NCBI RefSeq assembly: GCF_009834535.1
Contig: NC_045707.1
Location: forward strand, 47,494,001 to 47,558,000
Direction: 5' to 3'
DNA from: Camelus ferus
Lineage: Eukaryota
Length of the DNA: 64,000 bases
Position numbers and translations under genes: made by a program. Under the pieces are notes generated by a model. It was not told the DNA's origin. It worked only from the letters and a program-made list of their open reading frames with translations, and ran no database searches. Below, one piece after another: positions 36,056 through 48,319 of this stretch (positions are counted from its first letter, which is position 1; each line of letters starts with the position of its first letter).

Positions 36056-39000
36056 TTTTAACACCTTTATTATGGTAAGATTCCTGTACAGTAAACTACA
36101 CATATTTCAGATGAACAATTTGATGAATTTTGATAGCTGTATATACCAATAAAACCACTACCACAATCAAAATAGCTAATATTTCCAGTACTCCCCAAGA
36201 GGTATACATTTTGAGTTCCCAGTTTATCCCTTCCCACCCCCTTTACCCCCTGGTAACCGTAAGCTTGTTCTCTATGTCTGTGAGTCTTCTGTTTTGTAGA
36301 TAAGTTTATTTGGATTCCACATATAAGTGATATCATATTGTATTTTTCTTTCTCTTTCTGACTTACTAAGAATGACAATCTCCAGGTCCATCCATGTTGC
36401 TGCAAATGGCAGTATTTTTTTTATGGCTGAGTACTATTCCATTGTACATATATACCACATCTCACATCTTCTTTATCCAGTCATGTTGATGGACATTAGG
36501 GTTGTTTCCATGTCTTGGCTATTGTAAATAGTGCTGCTGTGAACACTGGGGTGCATGTGTCTTTTTAATTTAAATTTTCCTCTGGATATATATGTAGGAG
36601 TAGGATTGCTGGATCATATGGCAAGTCTATTTTTAGTTTTTTAAGGAATCTCCCTACTGTCCTCCGTAGTGGCTGCACAAATTTACATTCCCACCAACAG
36701 TGTAGGAGGGTTCCTTTTTCTTCACACCATCTCCAGCATTTATCATTTGTGGACTTTTTAATGATGGCTATTTTGACCAGTGTGAGGTGATACTCATTGT
36801 AGTTTTGATTTGCATTTCTCTAACAATTAGTGACGTTTAGCATCTTTTCATGTGCTTGTTGGCCATCTGGATGTTTTCGTTGGAGAAATGTCTATTTAGA
36901 TCTTCACCCCATTTTTTGATTGGGTTACTTATTTTTTAGATATTAAGCTGTATGAGCTGTTTGCATATTTTGGAAATTAATCCTTTGTTGGTCATATCAT
37001 TTGCAAATATTTTCTCCCCTCTGTAGCTTGTCTTCATTTTGTTGGTGGTATCCTTAATTGTACAAAAGCTTTTACGTTTATTAGATCCTATTTGTTTATT
37101 TTTGTTTTTATTTCCATTACTCTAGAAGCTGGTTTGAAAAAAATATTGCTGTGATTTATGTCCAAGAGTGTTCTGCTTATGTTTTCCTTTAGGAGTTTTA
37201 TAGTATCTGGTCTTACATTTAAGTCTTTAATCCATTTTGGTGTTAAGGAATGTTCTAATTTCAGTCTTTTACAGGCAGCTGTCCAGTTTTCCCAGCACCA
37301 CTTGCTGAAGAGACTGTCTTTTCTCTATTGTATATTCTTGCCTCGTTTGTCATAGATTAACTGACCATAAGTGCATGCATTTATTTCTGGACTTTCTATC
37401 CTGTTCCATTGGGGGGGGGGGTGTGTGTGCCAGTATCATACTGTTTTGATTACTGTTGCTCTGTAGTATAGTCTGAAATCAGTGTGATTCTTCCAGCTCT
37501 GTTCTTTTTCAAGACTATTTTGGCTATTTAGGGTTTTTTGTGTTTCTATACAAATTTTAATATTTTTTTTGTTCCAGCTCTGTTTGAAAAAAAAAAAGTC
37601 ATTGGCAATTTGATAGGGATTGCATTGAATTTGTATACTGCTTTGGGTACTATGGCCGTTCTAACAATATTAATTCTTCCAATCCAAGAACATGGGATAT
37701 CTTTCCATTTCTTTAAATCATCTTTAATTTTCTTAGTCAGTGTTTTGTAGTTCTCTGTTTATAAGTCTTTCTTTTCCTTGGTCAGGTTTATTCCTAAGTA
37801 TTTTATTTTTTTGGATGTAATTTTAAAATGGATTGTTTATTTTCCTTGTCTGATATTTCATTGTTAGTGTAAAGATATGCAACTGATTTCTGTATGTTAA
37901 TCTTATATCCTGTTACCTTGCTGAATTCTTTTATCAGCTCTAGTAGTTTTTGCATGGAGCCTTTGGAGTTTTCTATATATAGTATGTCATCTGCATATAT
38001 GACAATTTTACCTTGTCTCTTCCAATTTGGATCCCTTTTATTATTTTTTTTCCTTGTCTAATTGCTATGACTAGGACTTCCAGTACTATATTGAATAGAA
38101 GTGGTGAGACTGGGCATCCTTGTCTTGTTCCAGATTTTAGTGGGAAGGCTTTCAACTTTTCACTGTTGAATATTATGCTGGCTGTATGTTTGTCATAAAT
38201 AGCTTTTATTATATTGAGATATGTTCCCTCTATAACCACTTTCGTTAGAGTTTTTATCATAAATATTTTCTCAGGTCCTTTCTCTCTGTCTTCTTTTTCT
38301 AGGACCCCTATAATGTGAATATTAGTGTGCTTCATGTTGTCCCAGAGTTCTTAAACCATCCTCATTTCTTTTCTTTTTTTTCTTTTTACTGTTCTATGAT
38401 AGTGATTTCCACTAATCTTGTCTTCCAGCTCACTGATCTGTTCTTCTGCTTCATTTATTCGATTCTTGATTCCTTCTAGTCTGTTATTCATTTCAGTAAT
38501 TGTATTCAACTCTGTTTGGGCACTCTTTATATTTTTTAATTCTTTGCTAAAAACTTCCCTCTCTGTATCTGTACTCTTCCTGAGTTCTCTGAACATCTTC
38601 ACCATCATTAAGTACTCTGAACTCTTTCTCGGATAGATTGCCTATCTCCTTATCACTTATTTCTTCTGGGATTTTATCTTGTGCCTTGGCCTGGAAGATA
38701 TTCCTCTGTTGCCCCATATAGTCTAACTTTATATTTTTAGGTAGGTCAGTTATGTTTTTCAGCCTTGGAGAATGGCCCTCTGTGGAAAATGTCCTGTGCA
38801 TCCAAGCGGTACACTTTTCTCTTGTCACCCAAGGGCCTTGGTCCAGTAGGTCCCAGGGTAAAGTCTGGCCTGTGATTGCAGATTCCTTCCACAGGCTTTG
38901 GGATTGTTTTCTTATTTCTTGTATCTGCCCTCTGGTGGATGAGGCTGGCCAAATGCTTATGCAAGTTACCTGGCCGAAGGAGTAGGTACCTTTCCACTGT

Positions 39001-39860
39001 TGGATGGAGCTTGGCCCTGGCCCTCAGGTGGGTAGGTCCCTGCCTAGGGGTGTGCCCAGAGGCAGCTGTGGACTCCCAAAAGTCTGCTGATGGGTGGGGC
39101 TGCGTTACTACCCAGTATGTTGCTTGGCCTGAGGCTTCCCAGCCCTTAAACCTATAGGCTGTTGGGTGGGGTTAGGTCTTGGTGCTATGACCCAAGCAAG
39201 ATGTCAGCCTCCAGGAAAGCTCATATAGATGAACACTCCTGGAATGTCTGCCACCAGCTTTTATGTCCCTAGGGTGAGCCACAGCTGCCCCCTACCTCAC
39301 CAGGAGACCTTCCAAAATCAGCAGGCAGGTCTGGCCCAGGTTTCTATGAAGTCACTGCCTCTGCCTTTGGACTCAGCACATGAGAAATTCTGTGTGCACT
39401 TCCCAAGAGAGTGAAGTCTCTGTTTTTCCCAGTCCCGTGGGGCTCCTGGAGTTAAGTCCCATTGGCTTTCAAAACCAGATATTCTGGAGATTCCTCCTCC
39501 CAATGCCAGAACCCTGGGCTGGGGAGCCTGTTGTGGGGCTCAGAACTCTCATTCCTGTGGAATGGCCTCTGCATCTTAATTATTCAGCTTGTGGACTGGC
39601 CACCCAGGGGGTATGGGCCCGACTATATTGCAAGCACACCCCTCCTACTATCCTGCTGAGATTCCCTCTTTATGTTTCCAGTTGAAGAGGATCTTTTTTG
39701 TTTTGCAAGTTTCCAGTCTTCCCCCCGCAACCCATGGTTGTTGAGTAGTCAGTTGTGGTTTTGTTGGAGAGCCTTTTCCCCTTTTTTCCTTTTCTAAAGT
39801 TACATAGCAAACTTCTGGAAAGCTCATGGTCCTACTACTCCACCATCTTGACTGGAACTC
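36056..39860 (-). mobile_element. Antisense L1 with 5'UTR, partial ORF1, large internal deletion, 3' ORF2 and 3'UTR; TSD-flanked
   Basis: TSD CTTAAGTGTCTTAATTTT at 36038-36055 and 39861-39878; 5' motif CAAGATGG on the minus strand near 39850; ORF1 peptide RINEAEEQISELED; RT peptide [23 protein letters not shown]. Confidence 0.93.
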
Positions 39861-40190
39861 CTTAAGTGTCTTAATTTTAAGTTTCATTTTATTATTTTAA
39901 GTTCTTCAAGTGATTACAATACTTAACAAGAGGCTCTGTTTCACTATTTTTTTGTTTTTGTTTTTTAAGAGGGCACACCTCCTGAAAACTAGGGTGTTTG
40001 ATCAGATTATATGTGGTTCATCATAATTTATGTGATTAAAATTCAATTGGCTTTTTAGGTTCCTCCAAAGTATCATGAAAATATATTATGTTTATATTAG
40101 TGAAAAATAAAACATTGTTTGGAAAGTAGTTGGTAGTAGTGGTGTGTGTGGTTTATACTTATGTATATGCTTTTTTTTCCTTTTCTAAAG

Positions 40191-40340
40191 TTACATAGCA
40201 AACTTCTGGAGACAGAGCGCCAGCTAGGGGAAGCTCACGGTAGGCTGAAGGAACAGAGACAGCTTTCAAGTGAAAAGCTGATGGATAAAGAACAACAAGT
40301 GGCTGATCTACAACTCAAACTTTCTCGTTTGGAAGAAGAG
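40191..40340 (+). CDS. EEA1: EEA1 exon 12 (150 nt)
   Basis: TAAAG|TTA; LHSKLLETERQLGEAHGRLKEQ...LSRLEEE; GAG|GTAAGC. Confidence 0.96.
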
Positions 40341-41329
40341 GTAAGCTAGCATTTCAAATGAGTTTATATTAGTACATTTATTCACTGATAGATTTGAGGC
40401 ATCTTAAATATTGTGTCCAGTCTTTTTATTGTCATGAGCTTTAATTGGATTTTTTAACTTTAATTTGCAACTTTTATTTCTCTCCAGTAAAAACATCCTA
40501 CTTATTAACTACATTAAGTCATTTTGTTGTGATTGTGTTTCCTAAAGTTCTCAACAAAAATGTACAGGGAAGGCTACTCTTCAGCTTTAGGAAGGAAAAA
40601 TTCTGGGAGTGAACCTTTTAGGCTGCTCAAGAAGAGTCTTTCTACCCAGGAAGGACCACTTCTCAATGAAACTGAAAAATGAACAGTTGGTGAAGGCACT
40701 GATGTGCATGTAAACTTTGAGTTTGCATTTAAGGATTTTTTCTTTTAAAGATTAAGCATAAGATTGGATGCTCTCCTAATTTAAGATGTGGTTGCCAAAA
40801 TGGCAACTATTATTTCGTTAAAGTAAAAGTTATCATTAAACTATATCTTTTATTAGAACTGAACAAACACTGAGAGTTGATATCTGTAGCTTCAGCATCA
40901 GATTTTCTTTTAGACCCAAAATCTTAGTGTGGTAGATTGTTATTCTTTCCCAATAAGTGGTAGTTATGACTGTTGTGAAAAAAGTAAAACAAGTATTGAT
41001 CCTGTTATTTAGATTATTGTTATAAAAATCTGTATGTAATTAATTTCTTGATCATATTAATGCATAAAAACAATAATAAACAAAATGCCAGCTGGAGAAA
41101 GAATTATATTACTCTTAGGATGAGAGTCTGTTCCTAAGGAATAATTTCTTAATCATGAGATTAAGATTCTATAAGTAATGAGATATTGCCTTTAAAGTTG
41201 ATTCTATTTGTCTAAATTTAATTTTCTCTTCAGACTTGAGAATTGTGAGATTTGAAGTAATATCAGATTTTTATGAATGATAGCATTATGCCTTTAAGTT
41301 GTCAACTGAAGGTCTACTTTTTTTTTAAG

Positions 41330-41449
41330 TTGAAGGAAAAAATAACAAATTCCACAGAACTGCAGCATCAATTAGATAAAACAAAGCAACAGCATCAAGA
41401 ACAACAAGCTCTTCAGCAGAACACGACAGCAAAACTTCGAGAAGCTCAG
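41330..41449 (+). CDS. EEA1: EEA1 exon 13 (120 nt)
   Basis: TTAAG|TTG; LKEKITNSTELQHQLDK...KLREAQ; CAG|GTAAAC. Confidence 0.95.
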
Positions 41450-42294
41450 GTAAACATTATTTGAATTTTTAGCCTTTTAAACAGAAATTAACCAAATCAT
41501 TATCTTTTTGTTGTGGTGAAGCTAGATAATGCAAAGTACTTGACTATGAAGGGTTTTGATTATTTTCAGTACCTAGATAATCAAAATCTTTTTTTGGTTG
41601 CTATGTTGAAAAATCTTTCTAAAATATTAAAAAATGTTATAAATAGATTTATTATTTATTACAAACTTATCTATATAACATTCTAAATTTATTAAATTAT
41701 TTAAATAGAATATATTTATTTAAATTGTGATTTATGCATAATAAATGATTTATTATTTATTATCATCTATCAAAAATACCGTATTTGAAAAATAAAATAA
41801 TACAAATAAAATTTGCTGGATTAGTTAACTCAGTAAAAAATAACATTTTGTATTTCCTGCAGTAGAACTTACTGTTTGTTGGCCATGTCTTTCCCTGCTT
41901 TAGAACTATCATATGAGCACTGGAACTGTAGATGTTGAAAACACAAGTGATTGAGTTTAATTTGTACAGATTCTATAGTATAGCTAAGAAGATTGAAAGA
42001 AATTAAGTTTTTGTTTTGGTGAGGGGTGGATGGTATCCAAATGTTTGAAATGAATTTGACTTTGACATTCATTTATTCCTCAGTCTCTCATTAATTCATT
42101 GAATATAATTGAGCACTGTGGTAAACACTGAAAATAGAGAGATGAATAAGACACAGCACGTACCTTCTAGGAAATTGCAATCTAATGATGTGCACACAGA
42201 AATAATATTTGAATTTAAAGGAGGTGATAAGTAATATGTCTTTTCCCTTCTGAGTTTGGAGAGTGGCATGGGAGTCAGATGGATACAGATCAAA

Positions 42295-43330
42295 ATATTC
42301 ATTTATTTGTTCTTTCATTCATTCAGTCAACAAAGTATTAATGTCTCCTCTTGGCCAAGGAAGTGATTTTATGGATACAGCAGCAGAGAAAACAGACAAA
42401 AATGTCTGCTCCATGGAGCTTAGTAAAGAAGACAAACAATAGCCAAAGTAAACAGGCAAAATATATAGTGTGTTAGATGGTAATAAGTGATGTGGAGATG
42501 AAAAAAGGGATGGGGAGTGGTGAGTCTCTAGGGAGCTGGAAGTGGGAATGCAGAATTAGATAGGGTTGCCAGGGAAGGCCTCTCTAAGAAGATAAAAGAC
42601 CCGAGGGGAAGGAGGGTGAGAGTCATCTGGGTATGAGAGAAAAGAGCATCATCAGTCCATTAGAAAGCCCAGAGGCAGGAGCATGTCTAAGGAACATCAA
42701 GAAGCCAGTGCGTGGAGTGGTGTGAGTGATGAGAGAGTTAAAAGGGGTGTAGTCATAGAGATAACAGGGGGTCAGAACATGTCGAGCCTCATAGGTAATT
42801 TTAAGGATTTTTACTGTGAGTGAGGTGAGAAATCATTGGAGGGTTCTGAGCAATGGAGTAGCATGCTTTGACTTATAATTTCACAGGATTACTCTGGCTA
42901 CTATATTGAGAGTAGACCATAGACGCACACTAGTAGAAAAGAAATTGGCTAAGAGACTACTATAATAATTCACATAAGAAGTGATAGGGCTTGGATCAGA
43001 ATGGAAACAGTGCAGGTAGTGAGAAATGGTCAAGTTCTAGATATACTTTAAAGATAAAGCTGACAGATTTACTGATAGATTGTTGTAGGATATTGACAGA
43101 GAACTCAAGGATGATCCCAAGAGTTTTGGCCTGGGTGGTTGGAAGGATAGAGGTCAAGCAACATAAAGGCTGGGAATCCTGTTGGGTTGGCAACATGAGG
43201 TCACTGATGACACTGATGAGAGCAGTTTGGAAGGAGAAGGAAGGATGAAAGCCTAATGGAGAGGTTTCAAGACGAAGTGGGAAGAGAGAAGTTTGATACA
43301 ATGAATGTAGATAATTCCAGGAGTTTTACA
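42295..43330 (-). mobile_element. L2 remnant
   Basis: TTCATTCATTCA start; purine-rich L2 segments, e.g. GAGGTCACTGATGACACTGATGAGAGCAGTT. Confidence 0.7.
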
Positions 43331-43672
43331 GTAGAGTAGCAAAGAAAGAGTAGTAACGCCAGGGTGGAGATTTTGGCAAAGATTTGCAGCCAGTTGGGTT
43401 TCTCATACTGTACCCGAGAATTAAATTTATTCATCTAGTAACAGACTAAGCTGGAAATGACAGCCTTTTACCTTCTTATAGTCAAGTTGTCTCTTAGACT
43501 GAGGGGAGAGGAAGGGGCTGAGTTATTCTTAGTTCTTCCAGACTTTTCAGTTAGTTAAATTCTCATTCCCTGCGGAGGAATAAGAAAAGGATGGCAAAGA
43601 GGCTAGGCACAGTCTCACATTATGGAAACATGAAAAATACTAGGCACTAAAGAGTTGTAATAATAATTCTGG

Positions 43673-43680
43673 GTGTGTGT

Positions 43681-43717
<37 letters not shown>
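43673..43717. repeat. Interrupted (GT)n microsatellite
   Basis: Seen directly. Confidence 0.95.
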
Positions 43718-43719
<2 letters not shown>

Positions 43720-43723
<4 letters not shown>

Positions 43724-45900
43724 AAAATTATTATGGTAGCATAGAGGACAGTTACCTAACTTGGATAGAGTCTGGAAAAGAGCAGTCATTGAAAATTCTT
43801 AAAAGTGACAGTCTGAGTTGCACAGGTTGTAGAAGTTAGAAGGAAAAAGATACTGAAGTTGGTATGAACTAAACTGTAAGGTTTTGCTGGAGCTTAAAGT
43901 GTAATTTAGAGATGAGTTAGAGAAGAGGCCAGAGCATTTGACATAGATAAGTTTATGTAAGGCTTTTCTGTCTGTCCTTGAAGACAGAAAGGTGTTAGAG
44001 GTCTTAAGGTAGATATGCCATAGCCAGATTTGATTTTTAAATAAGTTATTCTTGTGATTATGTGAAAGATGGATTTTGGAGAGAGTATTCTGAAACAGGA
44101 GATCAGCTAAAACACTAATATATGCAGTAGTTTGGATGAAAAATAATAATGGTCTTACTTTAAGCAACTGTTAAAAATGTTGTAGGGAAAAATACGAATA
44201 ATACTTTGGTAGTAAGATAAATAGGACTTACTGACTTAATAGTTATAGGGAATGACAGAGAAAGGGAATGACTTCTAGGTTGATAACATTGGGTACCTGG
44301 TAATTGGAGGTATCATCAACTGTGTTAGTGAATGTGAGAAAAATGTCTGTTTTATAGGGCAATGTTAGGAGTTCAGTTTTGGACATGTCTTGAGGCACCT
44401 ATGAGATACAGTAATTTAAAGCCTGGAGGACAGGACCATGCTGTGTATTAGCTGTGAGAGACACCAGTATATATGGGGCAAAAGAAATTAGTAGAATAGA
44501 TGTGATCAGCCATGGGGAGACTACTGTGAGTATAATAGACAACTGATAACACAAGACTTCCTTGAAACACTAGCACTTAAGGGGTGGATGAGTAGAGGAA
44601 GAGCAGCCCAAAGAAAGAGAATGATGAAAGCAATTAAGGAGAACCTGTAGAGTAGAAGCCAAAGGACTAGGGAGAGTCAAAAGTTGGGAGTAATCAGCAA
44701 CTTCACATGTGGTTGTTTGGTGGGGTGCTTGATAAGATAAATGGAAAATGTCCATTAGATTAAACATTTAAGAATTAGTGACCTTGTTAAACATAATTTC
44801 AAGAATGTGATAGAGATGGGTATCTGATTTTTCATTGAGTAAATGAGAGATGAGGGAGTTGGAAAGTAAATACGCATTACTTTTGAAATTTAAATGTGAA
44901 TTGTGTAAAGACTGGGCAGAAACTGGAGTGGGACTTGGTATGGGACGTGTTTCTGAGAACAAGAGATACCTGAACATGTTTATAGTCCAGGACAAAGGGG
45001 CTGGTAGAGGGAGTAATTGAGGGGAGGTGACTGAAGGAATAAGATATTCCTAATCTATGATGTCACTGATGCAATGGATGGTGGTAAATGCGAATTTATC
45101 CTGTGAAGGATATTGTTTGAATGTCAGATGGGCAGAGATTAAGAATTTGGAGAGAATATTGAAGCTTTTAAGTGGTTAACTTGAAGAGAACGTTTGAGGT
45201 TGAGAACTCCACTCAGATGACAGGAGTGACCAGATGATTCTAAGTATATAATGGAGGTTGGAGTCTAGAAATTTATAATGGCACCAGTTTTATGCAGGTT
45301 TGTGATTTTGCTCTAACAGTGCTTAGAAATGTAGGTGTGGAGAAAACAGATTACAATATTGATCTAGGATTGGGCTTTTTGGGGTAGCTGTATTGGAAAT
45401 TTTGGGGTAAAAGGAAATGGAAAATGTAGTTGGAAAGAATAGTTATAATTAGCTCATATCTATATATGAGATTCAGGAGGAGAAGCTAGGCATATGCTAA
45501 ATAAGCTAGAAGAAAATTGAGGTCAATGTCTCTTTGACACTGGAGAGCAGAAATGAAGTCATGCAATTGGAAGACAGTCAGGAAGTTGTGATCACAATGT
45601 AGGATAGTTGAAATTTTTTATCTGAAACAATTTCAAGTGCTTACAAGATCCTGCATGTGAGTGATTGAATAGAATGAGTAAAGATCCAGGAATTAAGATG
45701 ATAAGAATGTTGAGGCTGTACTCTTAATCCTCTGTGTATTTTGTATTTCCCAGGAAATTGGCAGAAATTGGGATTGAGAGAAAGACTAAATCAGGTTTCA
45801 AGTCTTCAGTGAATGAGGTAGGGATTTATAGATAATAGCAACACAGCATAGAGGATAGAATAAATGAATGACATACTTCCCAAAGCAGCATAAAGCTTTT
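43720..45900 (-). mobile_element. Degraded L2 remnant
   Basis: GAGTTCAGTTTTGGACATGT and AAAATGTCCATTAGATTT-type L2 motifs; boundaries approximate. Confidence 0.55.
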
Positions 45901-46579
45901 TTTACATGAGGGAGAGAGTCATGTCGTTGAAAAAAATGTGGAAAAAGTCAACCTCCCCTGCTTGCCCAACAGAACAGTCCTTATATATCAAAGAGGGCTG
46001 AAGGGGAATCAGCACCTGTAAAGGGAGAACCAAATTATCAGTTAGACTTACATATAGAGTGATAGTTCTGGAAAAAGGCTTAGGTTTGGAACTGTGGTTT
46101 TAGAAGATCAGTGGAATGTTCAGAGAAGGATCATTAGTGGCAGGAACAGAGAATGAGAGCAGAGAGGTTAGGTTGCTTCCCATCATTCTGTGATTAGAAG
46201 GATGAGAAGCATGTTGGAAAGTCACTGATTTCACATATTTTAATATTGGCGCATACTGTTGAGGGTACCAAGTGGTAGCTGGCTCTGTCTCAGCAAGGTG
46301 GTGTGGGCTACTGTGAAGTTTGCAGAAAAGCTTGTTAGGGCCTTATTCTAGGTAGAGGCTCTCTGGCTCTCTTAGAATGATGGAGGCAGAGGCAAAGGCT
46401 GTGGGTTAGCTCCAGAACATCAGTGGGTGTTATTCTGGATGTGGGTGTGTTCTGTGTAACATGAAGGCCCCTGGTAAAGTTAAAAAGAGGGATCCCTTGA
46501 TGTAACAATAGAATAGTCCTTTGGGGGTATTGAAATGAGCCTTCAGGAGTGTGTGTTAGAGTGCAATCACTTATTTCTC

Positions 46580-46985
46580 TGTTCATTCAATTGATATCTT
46601 AGAGCATATGTGTCTTAGATACATCAATGGATAAAACAGACAAAAATCCTCCCCAGTGGAAGGAGGCAGATAAACATGAAAAATAAGTGATTTATTTAGT
46701 GTATTAGAAGATAAGTGCTATGAAAAAAAAATCAGGAGAGAGAGTATTGGGAAAGGCTGCAATTTTAAGTGTAATGGTCAGGGTAGGTGTTATTGAGAAG
46801 GTGACATTTGAGCAAACATTTGAAGGAGAGGGAATGAGCCATGTGACTTTGTGGGAGAAGTGTCCCAGGCAGAAGAAACAGTGCAAAGGCTCCGAGGTGA
46901 GCGTGTGCCTCGTGTGATTAAGGAATAATGTGGAGTCCCACATGTCCGAAATGTATTAAACAAGAATTGTAGTAGGCAGGTCAGT
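46580..46985 (-). mobile_element. L2 fragment
   Basis: GAGAAGGTGACATTTGAGCAAA...CCAGGCAGAAGAAACAGTGCAAAGGC motif. Confidence 0.7.
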
Positions 46986-47248
46986 GTGTTAAGAGTAAGA
47001 ATAAGAATGTGGTTAATCGAAGATTTTTTTGGTTAAATTCTAGCTTACTATCAATAATATAGATTTATATTGTTAAATGTTTAGTTCTAATTATTGAATT
47101 AAAATTTGCCATGTTAAAATGTAGTGATTAGTGAAAAATACGTAAGACTTATGAGTTTGAGTATTAAAATTTACTCAGTCATTTTATGTTTGAGGAATAA
47201 CTTTTTAAGTTCTCTATTCTTAAGGTAGTAGTTTTCAATTCTTTACAG

Positions 47249-47452
47249 AATGATTTGGAACAAGTACTACGTCAAATTGGAGATAAGGACCAAAAGATCC
47301 AGAACCTTGAAGCCTTACTACAGAAGAGTAAAGAAAATATTTCTTTACTAGAAAAGGAAAGAGAAGATCTTTATGCAAAAATTCAGGCTGGCGAAGGAGA
47401 GACTGCTGTTCTTAACCAGTTACAAGAAAAAAACCACACATTACAGGAACAA
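47249..47452 (+). CDS. EEA1: EEA1 exon 14 (204 nt)
   Basis: TACAG|AAT; NDLEQVLRQIGDKDQKIQNLE...HTLQEQ; CAA|GTAAGC. Confidence 0.96.
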
Positions 47453-48319
47453 GTAAGCTTTTCAAGTGTACTAAATTTCTAAAATTTACTTTTATCTCTC
47501 TAAATCTTACTAAGTTTAGCTTTATTTAAATGATTCTTCTGTCATTTTTAGTACTTTAAAAAATATTACGTATTTTTGACAAACACTATCTCATTTAACT
47601 TAGAGGTGAGTTGCTATTGTAGTGAAAGTAGATTAACATCATTTGACAAAGGAAATCTCAGTTCATGCCCCAGGACATAACTTATTACCTGTGTGACCAT
47701 AAGCAAATCATTTCACCTTGTTAGCTCATTTGAAAAGTAGAGATGTTATTATTAATACATACTTGCCTCATGGCATTTTGTGATGTTTTGAAAAAAGATT
47801 GAATAACAAAATAGATTTATTAACTGAAAGTACTAATCAAGTGTTAGTTGTTACTGTATATTGGTTAATATACAGACTTAGTGGTTACTTATATTTTGAC
47901 AATGTATATGTGTTTGCAATATATAGCTAATAATAATTTTGATAAGTTGCCTTATTCTAACATTTGTATGTTGGTTTAAGAGAAACATAAAATTTAGCTT
48001 AATACATTTTCAAACTGAAAGTAATTTATAGTTGCTTTTTTTGAAGAATTGTCCAATAAAAGAATTATGGTATCTAAATGAGAAAGTATTAAAGTATCAG
48101 TAGGTCATACCACTTTTCTAATTTGGGTATCAGAGTATAACATAATGTTTTCCCCAAACTTCAAAGTTAGCCTTGGTTACCAGTTTATATGAAGAATTTT
48201 GTAGGCTAATTTCTAGTTGTAAGTTGCATTCAACTTGACATTGCATATCATACAAATATGATCAGAAAAGCCTATACATTTTTTGAAAAAGAACAAATAA
48301 AAATGAATATATGTACTTA

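Noticed and set aside
38351..39887. Overlapping ORFs on both strands
   Set aside because: Decayed L1 ORF1 and 5'UTR; no intact retrotransposon protein.
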